DNA of 64,000 nucleotides from Sedimentisphaerales bacterium (GCA_963663805.2 CAXXMR010000012.1:320001-384000); one strand, 5' to 3'. Shown: positions 28,369-39,443, counted from the first letter of the stretch. Translations and numbers: made by a program. Notes: generated by a model from the letters alone, not told the origin.

Positions 28369-28733
28369 TATCGCCCCTGGCGGCGATAACAGTACTGGCA
28401 GGGACGTTTTTATGGGCCTGAGGGCCGATTTGGCTTATATAGACATCAGATAACCGTTTTTGACACTGGATGGGTCTTAATCATGAAATAATTAATGTAA
28501 TTCGTGGTTAATCTTCAAAATACACTTTTTCGCTAATCTCAGCGTCCCAATAGCCGATAATTACATCAGACAATAATTGAGTTTAATGATTGAACAAACA
28601 AGGGTTACGTACGCGAAAGCACCGGGGCCGAAGGATGGTTGGTCTTGATTTTTACCGGGGTATCTGCTATAAGGGCAGGTTCTGCCGGGCAGTCCGGCGC
28701 TCAGGGCGAATTGATGGTCGGAACATAGCGATT

Positions 28734-29483
28734 ATGACAGACTTATTCAGGAAATATCGCAACAATAAACTTCCCCGGTGGGCCTGGTCGGCGGCTTTGG
28801 TACTGCTGATCCTGGCAGGGGCGGGTTACCGGGTCGTTTCGGCCCGGCTGGGGATACTGGATGATACTCCGGTTTATTTGCCAGTGCCGCTGAGTGAGTT
28901 TCCGGCGGATTATCTCGGCTGGGAAGGACGGGATGTGGAGATGTCCTCGACTGTGCTTAAGGTGGCGGGCAATGATGACTATCTAAACCGGCTTTACGTA
29001 GATAAAAAGACTGGCCAATGGGCTAATGTTTACGTGGGCTATACCGCCCAGCCGCGAACTATGCTGGGCCATCGCCCGCAGGTCTGCTATCCGGCCGGGG
29101 GCTGGGTCCACGACGGAACGGAGGAAACAGAGGTGTATTCACGTTCGGGCCGCAAAGCTCCGGCCCTGCTGCACCGCTTCCATCGTCCGGCACCGGAAAA
29201 CACCGAAATGGTGGTCCTGAACTATTATATCCTGAATGGTAAGTTTACAAACGATGAGTCGGGCTTTTCGGCAGTGGGCTGGCGAACGCCCAACATCGAA
29301 GGCGACATCGCCCGCTACGTGGCTCAGGTGCAGATCAGCAGCGTCCTGGAGAATTCCGTGCGGATCATGGCCCATGACATTGCCGATGAGCTGATGGGAT
29401 ATTTCCCGGATGAAGATGGAATGGTTGCGGTTGCAGGGAAAGATGTAATTCATCCGGCACCATTGCCGGGAAATGAAGAATAA
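28734..29483 (+). CDS. epsI: Exosortase-associated EpsI family protein
   Basis: N-terminal TM; WEGRD, DDYLNRLY, GHRPQVCYPAGGW. Confidence 0.8.
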   Translation: MTDLFRKYRNNKLPRWAWSAALVLLILAGAGYRVVSARLGILDDTPVYLPVPLSEFPADYLGWEGRDVEMSSTVLKVAGNDDYLNRLYVDKKTGQWANVYVGYTAQPRTMLGHRPQVCYPAGGWVHDGTEETEVYSRSGRKAPALLHRFHRPAPENTEMVVLNYYILNGKFTNDESGFSAVGWRTPNIEGDIARYVAQVQISSVLENSVRIMAHDIADELMGYFPDEDGMVAVAGKDVIHPAPLPGNEE

Positions 29484-29672
29484 GAAACCGGCAAGGCGAA
29501 TCTTTCTTGCCGTTCCTGCCGTTAAACACGGCGGAACCAAGGGCTTATATCAGAAAACCTGATGTCGTCCACGGGGACGGAGTGCGGAAACACCTCCCCA
29601 TAGTTGTTTATCCGCAATTTGGCTCCCAACGTCATTCACTGTCTTTATTAATGTTCCCACCGAGAATGAAAT

Positions 29673-30587
29673 ATGAACCTATCTAAACTGTACAGTAGAA
29701 TAATCAGGAAAATCATCAGGGTAACATTTCGATTCTGGGAACGGCTGGGCATTCATATTACCGCCGACCATTTTTATGAACCAGTCCCAAATACCCGCAA
29801 ACTGAGCGAGAAACTTTGGCAGAAGCATTCCGAACTGATTGGCGTCAATACCAATGAATCTCTACAATTGCATCTGTTGTCTGATTTTAAGGATTCATAT
29901 AAGAAAGAATATGATCTCTTGCCAAAAGAGAAAACAAACATTGAATCAAAATACTATATAAAAAATGGTCTTTACGAGTCTGTGGACGGCGAGATTCTTT
30001 ACTGCATGATACGCCATTTCAGGCCGCAGCAAATCATTGAAATAGGTTCAGGAAACTCTACCTGCCTGGCGGCTGAAACAATATTGGCCAACGAGAAATT
30101 GATACCGGGCTATAAGTGCAGTTTAACAGCTATAGAACCTTATCCAAATGAGACCATCCAGAAAGGCTTCGACGGACTAACCCAGGTTGTACCCGAACCG
30201 GTGCAGAATATTCCTTATTCTGCATTTGAACAATTAGGTGAAAACGACTTTTTACTGATAGATTCAAGTCATGTATTAAAAACGGGAAGTGATGTTCAAT
30301 ATGAGTATCTGGAAATACTGCCGAGACTTAGAAAAGGTGTTATTATATCTTTTCATGATATTTTTCTACCGGCGGAGTATCGCAAGAATTGGATATTGAA
30401 ACACCATAAATTCTGGAATGAACAATACCTTTTACAGGCTTTTTTGATTTTCAACGATGCTTTCGAAGTACTTTGGATGGGCAGCTATATGCACATAAAT
30501 CACCCTGATCTTCTTCAACAATCATTTAACTCCTATAACATAAACAGAGATTGGCCTGGGAGTTTCTGGATACGCAAGGTAAAATAA
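29673..30587 (+). CDS. Class I SAM-dependent methyltransferase
   Basis: IIEIGSGNST, LLIDSSHV, FHDIFLP, WNEQY. Confidence 0.85.
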   Translation: MNLSKLYSRIIRKIIRVTFRFWERLGIHITADHFYEPVPNTRKLSEKLWQKHSELIGVNTNESLQLHLLSDFKDSYKKEYDLLPKEKTNIESKYYIKNGLYESVDGEILYCMIRHFRPQQIIEIGSGNSTCLAAETILANEKLIPGYKCSLTAIEPYPNETIQKGFDGLTQVVPEPVQNIPYSAFEQLGENDFLLIDSSHVLKTGSDVQYEYLEILPRLRKGVIISFHDIFLPAEYRKNWILKHHKFWNEQYLLQAFLIFNDAFEVLWMGSYMHINHPDLLQQSFNSYNINRDWPGSFWIRKVK

Positions 30588-30590
30588 TAG

Positions 30591-31892
30591 TTGCACTTGT
30601 TTTTTAAGCAATTAGTTTCTTACTTGTCTGGTGATTCTCTCAAGGCCCGCTTCTTACGCGGCAGCGTCTGGCTGGCGGCCGGCAACATCATCGAGAAAAT
30701 ACTGGCTTTTGCTGGCAAGATCATCCTGGCCCGGCTGCTGATGCCGGAAGAACTGGGCGTGATCGTGCTGATCGCCAGTATCGCCGGGCTCTTTGAATGC
30801 CTGACTGAAGTAGGGGTCAAGCAGTGCATCATCCAGAACAAACAGGGCGACACCGCTGAGTTCCTCAATACCGCCTGGTGGTTCCAGGCGGTTCGGGGCT
30901 GTTCGCTCTTCATAATAGCCTGGTTTGTCTCGCCCTGGGTCTGTGAGTTTTATTTTGAGGGAAAGGAACAGGTGCTGTCCCGTTATGACTGGCCGACCCT
31001 CTTTCTCATGGTGCGGGTGGCGTTTTTGAGCGTGCTTTTTAACGGCTTTATCAGTCCGCGGGCGTACCTGCAGGAAAAGAAGTTCAACTTCGCCAAAGTC
31101 GTGGCCTATATGCAGAGTGCGGCCCTGACGGGTACAATCCTGACGATAGTTCTATCTTTTGTGTTGCGCAATGCCTGGGCCATGGTGCTGGGTTTTGTGT
31201 GTCAGGCGTTTTTGCGGATGGTGATGTCGTATGTCTTCTGTCCGTTTTGGCCCCACCTTAATATTCACAAGGAGAGCTTGCACAGCATCCTGAAATTCGC
31301 CCGGGGCATGTGGGGTTCACCATTCCTCGCCTATATTGCTTATCAGATTGACATCCTGGTTGGTGGCAAGATCGTCGGCCCCGAGTTGATCGGCATGTAC
31401 GGTTTTGTTTTGGCTCTGGCTTATATTCCCCGGGAACTATTTGCGCGAATTATAGCCCCCTTATTGGTACCAACGTTTGCAGAGAACCAAAATGACCATC
31501 AAAAACTTAAAAGAATAATCAGACGACTGACAGAACTATTGGCTTGTATCTCTATACCAGTAATAATAGCATGTTTCTTATTCCATCGAACATTCGTGAC
31601 AAGAATCTACGGAGAGAGTTTTGAACAAGTTTCACTGGTTTTCGCCTTCATGACTATCAATGTCACCCTAATGATCATTAGTATTATTTTCACTGGATTG
31701 ATTATCGCACTAAATAGACCAGAAATCAATCGCAACTGTACTTTCTTTAGAGCAGGAATTCTGGCTTGTTTAATAATACCAGTGGCAAGACATTATGGCT
31801 TAATGGGAATAACATTATTATCCACTTTATCAAACTTATGCATGGTTGTTCTACTTCATATACAAGCAAGAAAGATAATAAACTATACATAG
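30591..31892 (+). CDS. wzx: Oligosaccharide flippase (Wzx)
   Basis: ILARLLMPEELG, multiple TM segments, DILVGGK..G..IGMY. Confidence 0.85.
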   Translation: MHLFFKQLVSYLSGDSLKARFLRGSVWLAAGNIIEKILAFAGKIILARLLMPEELGVIVLIASIAGLFECLTEVGVKQCIIQNKQGDTAEFLNTAWWFQAVRGCSLFIIAWFVSPWVCEFYFEGKEQVLSRYDWPTLFLMVRVAFLSVLFNGFISPRAYLQEKKFNFAKVVAYMQSAALTGTILTIVLSFVLRNAWAMVLGFVCQAFLRMVMSYVFCPFWPHLNIHKESLHSILKFARGMWGSPFLAYIAYQIDILVGGKIVGPELIGMYGFVLALAYIPRELFARIIAPLLVPTFAENQNDHQKLKRIIRRLTELLACISIPVIIACFLFHRTFVTRIYGESFEQVSLVFAFMTINVTLMIISIIFTGLIIALNRPEINRNCTFFRAGILACLIIPVARHYGLMGITLLSTLSNLCMVVLLHIQARKIINYT

Positions 31893-31941
31893 AGTGACAT
31901 CCTAGCGTTCGTTATTAAAATTAATTAAGAGCTTTTCAGAA

Positions 31942-32589
31942 ATGGATCATTATTTTCAAAAAAACCCAAGTTATTACGCAGGCATTCGAGATGATTGGTT
32001 TGCATATTTGTCCAAAGAGAAAAAATATCGCATACTGGAGATAGGCTGCGGAATAGGCGACAATGGACAATATGCAAAGAGCATGGGGATTTCATCGTTT
32101 TACGCAGGCATTGAACTATTTGAAGATGCTGCCAGGCAAGCTTCCCAAAAAGTGGACGAAATAATATGTGGCAACGCTGAGATAATTAACTTGCCCTGGC
32201 AGGATGAGTATTTTGATGTCTTATTTATGAGCGAAGTTCTGGAACATTTAGTAGATCCTGAGATATTTCTGAAAAGAATCTCTAGATATGTAAGAAAGGG
32301 CGGCTTGGTTTTTGCCAGCTCTCCTAATGTATCTCATTATTCTGTGATAAAGATGTTAACTAAGGGCGATTGGATATTGGAAGCACAGGGTATTATGGAT
32401 GAGACTCATTTACGCTGGTTTACACCAAAATCTTACAATAGATTATTCGTAGAATGCGGTTTTCAAGTAATCGATATAAGCCCGGTATCCAAATTTGGAA
32501 TAAAAGCCAAGATTGCAGATACGCTAACACTTGGCGTTCTTCAACACATATTCTGGAGACAGATCAATTTGAAAGCGATAAAGCTTTAA
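31942..32589 (+). CDS. Class I SAM-dependent methyltransferase
   Basis: ILEIGCGIG, EVLEHLVDP, GIMDETHLRWFT. Confidence 0.88.
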   Translation: MDHYFQKNPSYYAGIRDDWFAYLSKEKKYRILEIGCGIGDNGQYAKSMGISSFYAGIELFEDAARQASQKVDEIICGNAEIINLPWQDEYFDVLFMSEVLEHLVDPEIFLKRISRYVRKGGLVFASSPNVSHYSVIKMLTKGDWILEAQGIMDETHLRWFTPKSYNRLFVECGFQVIDISPVSKFGIKAKIADTLTLGVLQHIFWRQINLKAIKL

Positions 32590-33347
32590 TGAACAGCTTG
32601 GTCATAGCATCCGCAATCAATAATCAAGAGATTTTAGAAAACAATCTTCTACGATCTCCTTTATTGGCAAGAAATCAAGCCACTGTCTTCCTGCAAAAAG
32701 ATTCTGAGTCTGCATCGAAAGCGTATAATCAAGTTTTAGACAAGGCAGATGCTGATTTAATAGTATTTGTGCATCAGGATGTTTATATCCCTTCTGGATG
32801 GCATAATCGTCTTCAAAATGCAATATCTCAGATCGGCAAGCACCCCTGGGCCGTAATTGGCATAATTGGTAAGACTCATGAAGGTGAGGTTGTTGGTCGC
32901 ACATGGTCAACTGGCATTGGGAGGGAAGTTGGCTGTCGAATTAATAGTCCTGAACCAGTAGAGTATATCGATGAACTTTTGATCGTCGTAAACAGAAAAA
33001 GCTGTATCGTCTTTGATGATGAGCTTCCAGGATTTCATTTATACGGAACAGATATTGTGCAGACGGCTCTCAGTAAAGGCTACAATGCATACGTGATCGA
33101 TGCTCCGGTGATTCATAACAGTTTACCATATGTAAAATTTGGAAAGGATTTTGTAATAGCTTACAAATACATGCAGAATAAATGGCGGAAATCACTGCCT
33201 CTAAATACCCTCGTTGCGAATATCACGCCCTGGGGTTGGTCCTTGAAGAAAAGATTAATTAAACAGCTCTTTAAGCAAGACCGTCGAGAATATCATAAGC
33301 GGCTGGACTATCCTGCTGAAAAGGCGAAAGAACTTGGATACGAATGA
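32589..33347 (+). CDS. GT2-like glycosyltransferase
   Basis: AYNQ, VFVHQDV, IDE, GFHLYGTD; ATG overlaps the previous stop. Confidence 0.75.
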   Translation: MNSLVIASAINNQEILENNLLRSPLLARNQATVFLQKDSESASKAYNQVLDKADADLIVFVHQDVYIPSGWHNRLQNAISQIGKHPWAVIGIIGKTHEGEVVGRTWSTGIGREVGCRINSPEPVEYIDELLIVVNRKSCIVFDDELPGFHLYGTDIVQTALSKGYNAYVIDAPVIHNSLPYVKFGKDFVIAYKYMQNKWRKSLPLNTLVANITPWGWSLKKRLIKQLFKQDRREYHKRLDYPAEKAKELGYE

Positions 33348-34731
33348 AAAGATAATTAATGTGCTCATCTTGGGCGCTTCATTTGATACTGGCAATCTGG
33401 GAGTTGCGGCATTGGCGTGGTCAACGATCAATCTGTTAAGAGAGGATTTCAAGAATTCTGAGATCAGTTTACTTGGAGGCAGGAAGATCACGTCTCACAA
33501 TATGGTAGTTGATGGGCAGGAAACAGAGATATTTAGTTATCCTGTGCGGTATTGCCGGAATCTACTGGCGGAAAATCATATCTGGAAGCTTTTTGCAGGG
33601 GTGCTGTTTGCCAGAGTTATTAGTTCTAAGTTATTACTTTTTAGTAAAAAAAGAAATCAAACGCTGCAAGCCTTGCTCCAGGCCGATATGATCTGTGATA
33701 TTACCGGCGGCGACAGCTTCAGTGATATATATGGAATGGGCAGATTCCTGCGGGGATATCTGCTCAAGCGGGTCTGCCAGATGACGGGCAAGCCTTTTGT
33801 CATGCTGCCCCAGACCTATGGACCCTTCAAATCCCCACTGACACGGTTGCTGGCAAAGCGAATTTTGAGGAAAGCGGCCAGGATATACTCGCGGGACCGG
33901 GAAGGTTTGGAAGTGGTGGAAAAGCTGATCGGCAAGTCGGACAAGGTGAGGCTGTGTCCGGATGTAGCATTTACTCTGGAGCCGAGGGCTCCGGTTTTCA
34001 GTTGTCAGTCATCAGTGATTAGAAGAATAAACAGTTCACAGTTATCAGAGGCTAATTCCCAGAATAATACAAATAAGAACTCAAAACTACAAACTACAAA
34101 CTATCAACTAAATACTAATAACTCAAAACTAACAACTAATAACTGCCAACTTGTTGGCCTAAACATCAGCGGCCTGCTCTACAACGGCGGCTATACCGGC
34201 AATAATGAATTTGGATTGAAGGTTGATTATCCTCGCCTGATGCGGGAGATTATAGAATATTTTACTTCACTGGAGAATACTTATATATTGCTGGCGGCAC
34301 ACGTAGTGTCTCAGGATTGGGAAACCGAAGATGATCTTAGAGCCTGCCGCAAGGTGCGGGAGAGCCTGCCGGAAGCAGTGCGTCAGAAGGTAATGATCGT
34401 AGAAACTGACGACAAGGGTAATTATTTTGATCAATGCGAGATAAAGTACCTGATCGGTCAATGTGATTTCTTCCTGGGCAGCCGGATGCACGCCACCATC
34501 GCGGCAATCTCTCTGGGAATCCCGACCGTCGGCCTGGCCTACAGTCGCAAATTCGCGGGGGTGTATGAAACCGCGGGAGTGGAGGATTGTGCGATGGATT
34601 TATGCGCAGAGGGAAATGCCCAAATTTTGAATCACGTCAAACGTATTTTTGATCGTCGAACAGTAATCCAAGAAAGATTAAAAGTAAAACATCCTAAGAT
34701 CAAGACCTGTATTCATGCAATATTCGACTAA
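33334..34731 (+). CDS. Polysaccharide pyruvyl transferase family protein (with low-complexity insertion)
   Basis: TGNLGVAAL, GGDSFSDIYG, PQTYGPF, SRD, PDVAF, GSRMHATIAA, YSRKF; start uncertain (TTG). Confidence 0.88.
   Translation: MDTNEKIINVLILGASFDTGNLGVAALAWSTINLLREDFKNSEISLLGGRKITSHNMVVDGQETEIFSYPVRYCRNLLAENHIWKLFAGVLFARVISSKLLLFSKKRNQTLQALLQADMICDITGGDSFSDIYGMGRFLRGYLLKRVCQMTGKPFVMLPQTYGPFKSPLTRLLAKRILRKAARIYSRDREGLEVVEKLIGKSDKVRLCPDVAFTLEPRAPVFSCQSSVIRRINSSQLSEANSQNNTNKNSKLQTTNYQLNTNNSKLTTNNCQLVGLNISGLLYNGGYTGNNEFGLKVDYPRLMREIIEYFTSLENTYILLAAHVVSQDWETEDDLRACRKVRESLPEAVRQKVMIVETDDKGNYFDQCEIKYLIGQCDFFLGSRMHATIAAISLGIPTVGLAYSRKFAGVYETAGVEDCAMDLCAEGNAQILNHVKRIFDRRTVIQERLKVKHPKIKTCIHAIFD
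33994..34151. repeat. Complementary heptamer arrays inside the pyruvyltransferase gene
   Basis: GTTTTCA GTTGTCA GTCATCA GTGATTA ... then about 10 AACTNNN units at 34078-34151. Confidence 0.8.
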
Positions 34732-34814
34732 AAGGGACAGCCTTTTTATTATAACTTGTTAATGGGCATTTGAAGAAATCATTCAATTTTGACGGAGCAG
34801 GAACACAAACAAGA

Positions 34815-36120
34815 ATGAATCCAGCAACAATTACGCTATGCATCTTCTTAAGCTTGCTTATCTTGGCGATACCAAGAAAGATGTTTCTTTTGCCATTTAT
34901 TACAGCAGCTTGCCTAGTGCCAATGAATCAAAGGATTTATATATTAGATTTAGATTTCACCGTATTACGAATTGTTGTATTGTCAGGAATAATACGCATG
35001 GTCCTGAAGAATGAGATTCGTGATATACACTGGAACACGGTCGACAAATTGTTGTTCGCTTGGAATGGTCACTGGCAGCATTATATATGTTCTGCAATGG
35101 GGCGACATGCAAGCCTTTATTTACAAATGTGGGGTTATGTTTGATGCGATATGCATGTATTGGTTGTTTCGCCAAGCCATTCGCAGTTGGGATGATATCA
35201 TACAGATTATTTATTATTTTGCTTTATTTGCCATTGTCTCCGCTCCATTGATTATTGCTGAAAAGATTCGCCAGAGCAGTTTTTACGAAATATTTGGACC
35301 CGTTGGCGCTAAATTCCATCGCGGCCGCTTCCGCTGTGCCGGGCCTTTCCCGCATTATATCATGATGGGGGCTTTTTGGGCAAATCTGCTTCCTTTATAT
35401 TTTGGTGCGATTAAGGCCGGTTCTAATAAACTTGTATATGCAGGAGGCATCATTGGTGCGACACTTTGCACAATATATAGCGCATCAAGTACGGCATTTA
35501 TTACTATTGCGGCAATTATCATGTTTTGGAGTCTGTACCCTTGGCGCAAATATGGAAAACATATTTTGTTTGGCGTTTTGTGTTTATTGTTCATGTTACA
35601 TATGATCATGAAAGCGCCGGTATGGCATCTCATGGCGAGAGTAGACATTTTTAGCGGTTCAACGGGCTGGCATCGCTTTCATTTATTTGACATGTTTGTA
35701 AAACATGCCTCAGAATGGCTAGCATTAGGAACAAGGAGCACCGAATCGTGGGGGGAAGGATTGCATGACGTTACCAATCAATTTGTCCTAGAGGGCGTCC
35801 AAGGTGGATTGGCAACTTTAATCATATTTATTACACTGATCATTTTTGCCGTGTCAATACCGGGAAAGACGAGCCTATCCATTGTGCACAGCAAGAACCA
35901 TTGGCTTTCTTGGGCACTCTGCGTAGCAATGCTTGGGCATTCAGTAACATTCTGGGGAGTTTCTTATTTTGGCCAGATTATTATGCTTCTTTATCTTAAC
36001 TTTGCTATTGTTGCTTTTGTGCAGGACCAACGCAGATTGGTAATCCAACCTGCTAATAAATCAACAAGCACGGGTAGGCAAGGATGTCACAAATACATAA
36101 TTATCAGTGATCGCCGTTAA
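34815..36120 (+). pseudogene. O-antigen ligase/polymerase (Wzy-like) membrane protein, frameshifted near 35064
   Basis: Two overlapping hydrophobic ORFs join if one A of TGGAATG is removed; RFRCAGPFPH, STGWHR, DVTNQF motifs. Confidence 0.75.
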
Positions 36121-36211
36121 ATACGTTTCCCCAACGATCTGCGGTCGGTTTTAGGCTACGCCTTTACAACTCTACATCGCCGTATTATGGTTATACGAAA
36201 CAGAAGGCATC

Positions 36212-37432
36212 ATGCTGAATAAATTTAAATCAGACTTACCTAAGGATTGGCAAGTACAAATACTTAGTACAATAGAAAGTATTGAAAACAATCGTCACAT
36301 TTGGGAGAGTCTGCATTCAAATGAGTCATATCCGATTATCAACGCAGATATAGACCGATATTTATCTGTCCTAAAGACTATGGACGAAAGCCATGAACCA
36401 TTCGTACTTCTTTTAAAACAAAACCAGCAAACAAAAGTGATTGTTGCAGGAAGAAAAGAATGCATGAGTATGCCTATACGCCTCGGATACAAAACATTCT
36501 TTAATGTAAGATTTAAAAGCTTAACGGTCGTCTATGGTGGAATTATTGGAAATCAAGACTCTAATATAACTAGATTACTTATCAATCAATTCCGAAGGCT
36601 TCTCTCGACTAAAGAAATCAATGTCATTTATTTTAATCACCTGTGCATAAGTTCTCTATTTTATCAACAGATAAAAGAATTGCCTTTTTATTCTCGCAAT
36701 CATTTCCCCGTATTACATATTCATTGGCGAATGTCGATACCAAAAAACATTGAAACTTTTTTCAAGACCCTTTCAAAAAAACATCGCGCAAATCTTCGTC
36801 GAGCCATCAGGAAATTCGAAGAAGAATACTCTGAGCAGATTGAATTACAGAATATTTGTGAAACAAACCATCTCGACAAAATAATAAGAGATACAGAATC
36901 AATATCTCTTAAAACCTATCAGCACGAGTTGAACGCCGGCTTTTCTAATAACACATTGATCCGTTCCATACTTAAGACTGATGCCGAAAAAAAGAGATTA
37001 TCATTGTCGTTGCTATATGTTGCCAATCGTCCTCTTGCTTTCCAGTGGGGCACAATATATAAAGACACTTATTTCTTGGAAAAAATAGGCTATGACCCCC
37101 AATGGTCCCAGTGGAGTATTGGAAATATATTATTTACCAAAAACCTTGAAAATCTCTGCGCAAAATCTCAAGTAAAGTTTATTGACTTTGGCTTTGGAGA
37201 TGCCAGTTACAAGGAAAGCTATTCAGATGAATCCTGGCCTGAAGCGGCAGCTACTTACATATATGCGTCTCGCCTTATTCCGTTGCTTATCAATCTGATC
37301 AACAGCATTAATTCCGGGCTCACATGCGGACTGACATGGTGCTTAAAAAAAACATATTTATCTGAACGGGCAAAAAGAATGTGGCGTAGAAAGTTAAAGA
37401 TGGCCGCAGAGAAAACCTCTTCAAGAGAATAG
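36212..37432 (+). CDS. GNAT-fold acetyltransferase (CelD/BcsL, Acetyltransf_6-like)
   Basis: LSKKHRANLRR, IGYDPQW, FIDFGFGDASYK. Confidence 0.75.
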   Translation: MLNKFKSDLPKDWQVQILSTIESIENNRHIWESLHSNESYPIINADIDRYLSVLKTMDESHEPFVLLLKQNQQTKVIVAGRKECMSMPIRLGYKTFFNVRFKSLTVVYGGIIGNQDSNITRLLINQFRRLLSTKEINVIYFNHLCISSLFYQQIKELPFYSRNHFPVLHIHWRMSIPKNIETFFKTLSKKHRANLRRAIRKFEEEYSEQIELQNICETNHLDKIIRDTESISLKTYQHELNAGFSNNTLIRSILKTDAEKKRLSLSLLYVANRPLAFQWGTIYKDTYFLEKIGYDPQWSQWSIGNILFTKNLENLCAKSQVKFIDFGFGDASYKESYSDESWPEAAATYIYASRLIPLLINLINSINSGLTCGLTWCLKKTYLSERAKRMWRRKLKMAAEKTSSRE

Positions 37433-37573
37433 ATTGGACACGGAGATGTATCATTTGTTGCGTATTTCACCGTAACTGACATGCAATTGCCCAAATAAAA
37501 ATGCCATCAAACATTCCTGAATAATAAAGTGTTTGGCGGATTATTTGGCAAGTTGGCGATATAAGACAATCCT

Positions 37574-38551
37574 ATGACACAAGAAGTACCAGACTATACT
37601 GTAATCTCAATAATCATAGTCAACTGGAACACCTGCCAGGTGACCTGTGACTGCTTACGGTCGGTTTATGAGCAAACGGAAGGGATTGATTTTGAGGTTA
37701 TCCTGGTGGACAATGCTTCCACTGATGATTCTGTTGAGAGAACCAAGCAGAAATTCCCGCAGGTCATCTTGATCGAAAACACCGAAAACAAGGGGTTTGC
37801 CGCGGCAAACAATAAGGGGATGAAGATTGCCCGGGGCAGTTATATCCTTCTGCTCAACAGCGATACGGTAGTCCTGGACGAAGCCATACAGAAAACCCTA
37901 AAATTTGCTGATCAGCATCCAGACGCCGGGATAATCGGATGTCGGGTATTGAACCCGGATGGGAGTTTGCAACCGACGTGTTTTATGTATCCATCTATTC
38001 TCAACATGCTGTTGAGTACAGCTTATTTATACAAAATCTTCCCAAACAGCAAATTTTTCGGACGGGAGCGAATGACTTGGTGGCAGCGGGATGATGTGCG
38101 GGAGGTGGAGGTGGTTACCGGCTGTTTCATGCTGGTCCGCCGGGAGGCGATTGAACAAGTCGGCATGATGGATGAAAACTACTTTATGTATGGCGAAGAG
38201 ACTGACTGGTGTTGGCGGTTTAAACAGGTTGGCTGGAAAGTCATGTTTACTCCCCAGGCCCAGATTATCCATTTGGGGGGAGTGAGTAGCAGTCAGGTTC
38301 GTCCACAGATGCTTTTGCAGTTACGGGCCGGGATCTTACAGTTTTTCTATAAGCACAGACCTTATTCTGTATACCTGACGGCCTGCCTTTTAACCTCGCT
38401 GTGGTTTGGCATAAGAATAATACCATGGCTGATAAAGGCCGTAATTTCTAAGCATAACCGCCAGCAATGTCTGAAAATGGCCAAGACATATTTTCTGGGA
38501 TCGTTTAGAGCATTAAAAGGTTATAAGGCTCTGGAATTTAAACGCAGTTGA
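37574..38551 (+). CDS. GT2 glycosyltransferase
   Basis: SIIIVNWN, VDNASTD, GFAAANN, LLLNSD, GCFML, YGEETDWC. Confidence 0.92.
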   Translation: MTQEVPDYTVISIIIVNWNTCQVTCDCLRSVYEQTEGIDFEVILVDNASTDDSVERTKQKFPQVILIENTENKGFAAANNKGMKIARGSYILLLNSDTVVLDEAIQKTLKFADQHPDAGIIGCRVLNPDGSLQPTCFMYPSILNMLLSTAYLYKIFPNSKFFGRERMTWWQRDDVREVEVVTGCFMLVRREAIEQVGMMDENYFMYGEETDWCWRFKQVGWKVMFTPQAQIIHLGGVSSSQVRPQMLLQLRAGILQFFYKHRPYSVYLTACLLTSLWFGIRIIPWLIKAVISKHNRQQCLKMAKTYFLGSFRALKGYKALEFKRS

Positions 38552-38558
38552 TTACAAC

Positions 38559-39440
38559 ATGGCAACAGACCAAAACTATATAATCCTATCTCCCTGTTAT
38601 AATGAGCAGCATTATATTGAGTTTTCCATCAAATCAGCCTTATTGCAAACCCGGAAACCTCTTGGCTGGATAATTGTTGATGATGGATCCATGGACGCAA
38701 CGGCAGAAGTAATTAAAAGCTATGCGACAGAGCATAATTTTATCCAGTATTATTGCCGCAGAAAGCCTGAAGGGCAGGCCTATTTTGCCAGCAATGTACA
38801 GGCGATAATGGCAGGATACGACCAGATCAAACACCTGGATTTTTCGTACCTGGCGATTCTGGATGCGGATATCACGCTGCCGGAAGATTATTACGAAACT
38901 ATTATCTCGCGGATGGAACAGGACAAAGAGCTGGGCATTGCCAGCGGGATATATGAAAATCTGGTGGATGGCAGGCTCGAACCGGTGATAAATGACCGGC
39001 GAAGTACGCCCAAGGCGATCATGCTTTTTCGACGGGAATGCTTTGAGCAGATCGGCGGATTTCTGCCCCTGGCCTGGGGCGGTGAGGATACGGCGGCGTG
39101 CGTAACGGCCCGGATGAAGGGCTGGAAGGTGTGGTCTTTCCCTGATATTAAGGTTGTGCATCATCGGCCCACGGGAACGGGTAAAGCCGGGAAAGTCTTA
39201 AAAGTACGGCTGAACCAGGGCCGGGCGGAATGGGCTATGGGCAGCCACTGGCTGTTTGTGCTGATTAAGTGCGGCAAGCGGGCTCTGAAGGAAAAACCTT
39301 ATATTATCGGCGGGCTGTGCCGCTGGCTGGGCTTTCTGCAAGGGTGCTGGAGCAGAGAAAAGAGAATTGTTTCTGATGAGTTTGTAAAGTTTTTTCGTAA
39401 AGAGCAGTTAGGTAGAATTCTCAAGCTCAATCGTGTCTGA
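38559..39440 (+). CDS. GT2 glycosyltransferase
   Basis: SPCYNE, VDDGS, LDADI, GGED. Confidence 0.9.
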   Translation: MATDQNYIILSPCYNEQHYIEFSIKSALLQTRKPLGWIIVDDGSMDATAEVIKSYATEHNFIQYYCRRKPEGQAYFASNVQAIMAGYDQIKHLDFSYLAILDADITLPEDYYETIISRMEQDKELGIASGIYENLVDGRLEPVINDRRSTPKAIMLFRRECFEQIGGFLPLAWGGEDTAACVTARMKGWKVWSFPDIKVVHHRPTGTGKAGKVLKVRLNQGRAEWAMGSHWLFVLIKCGKRALKEKPYIIGGLCRWLGFLQGCWSREKRIVSDEFVKFFRKEQLGRILKLNRV

Positions 39441-39443
39441 ATA

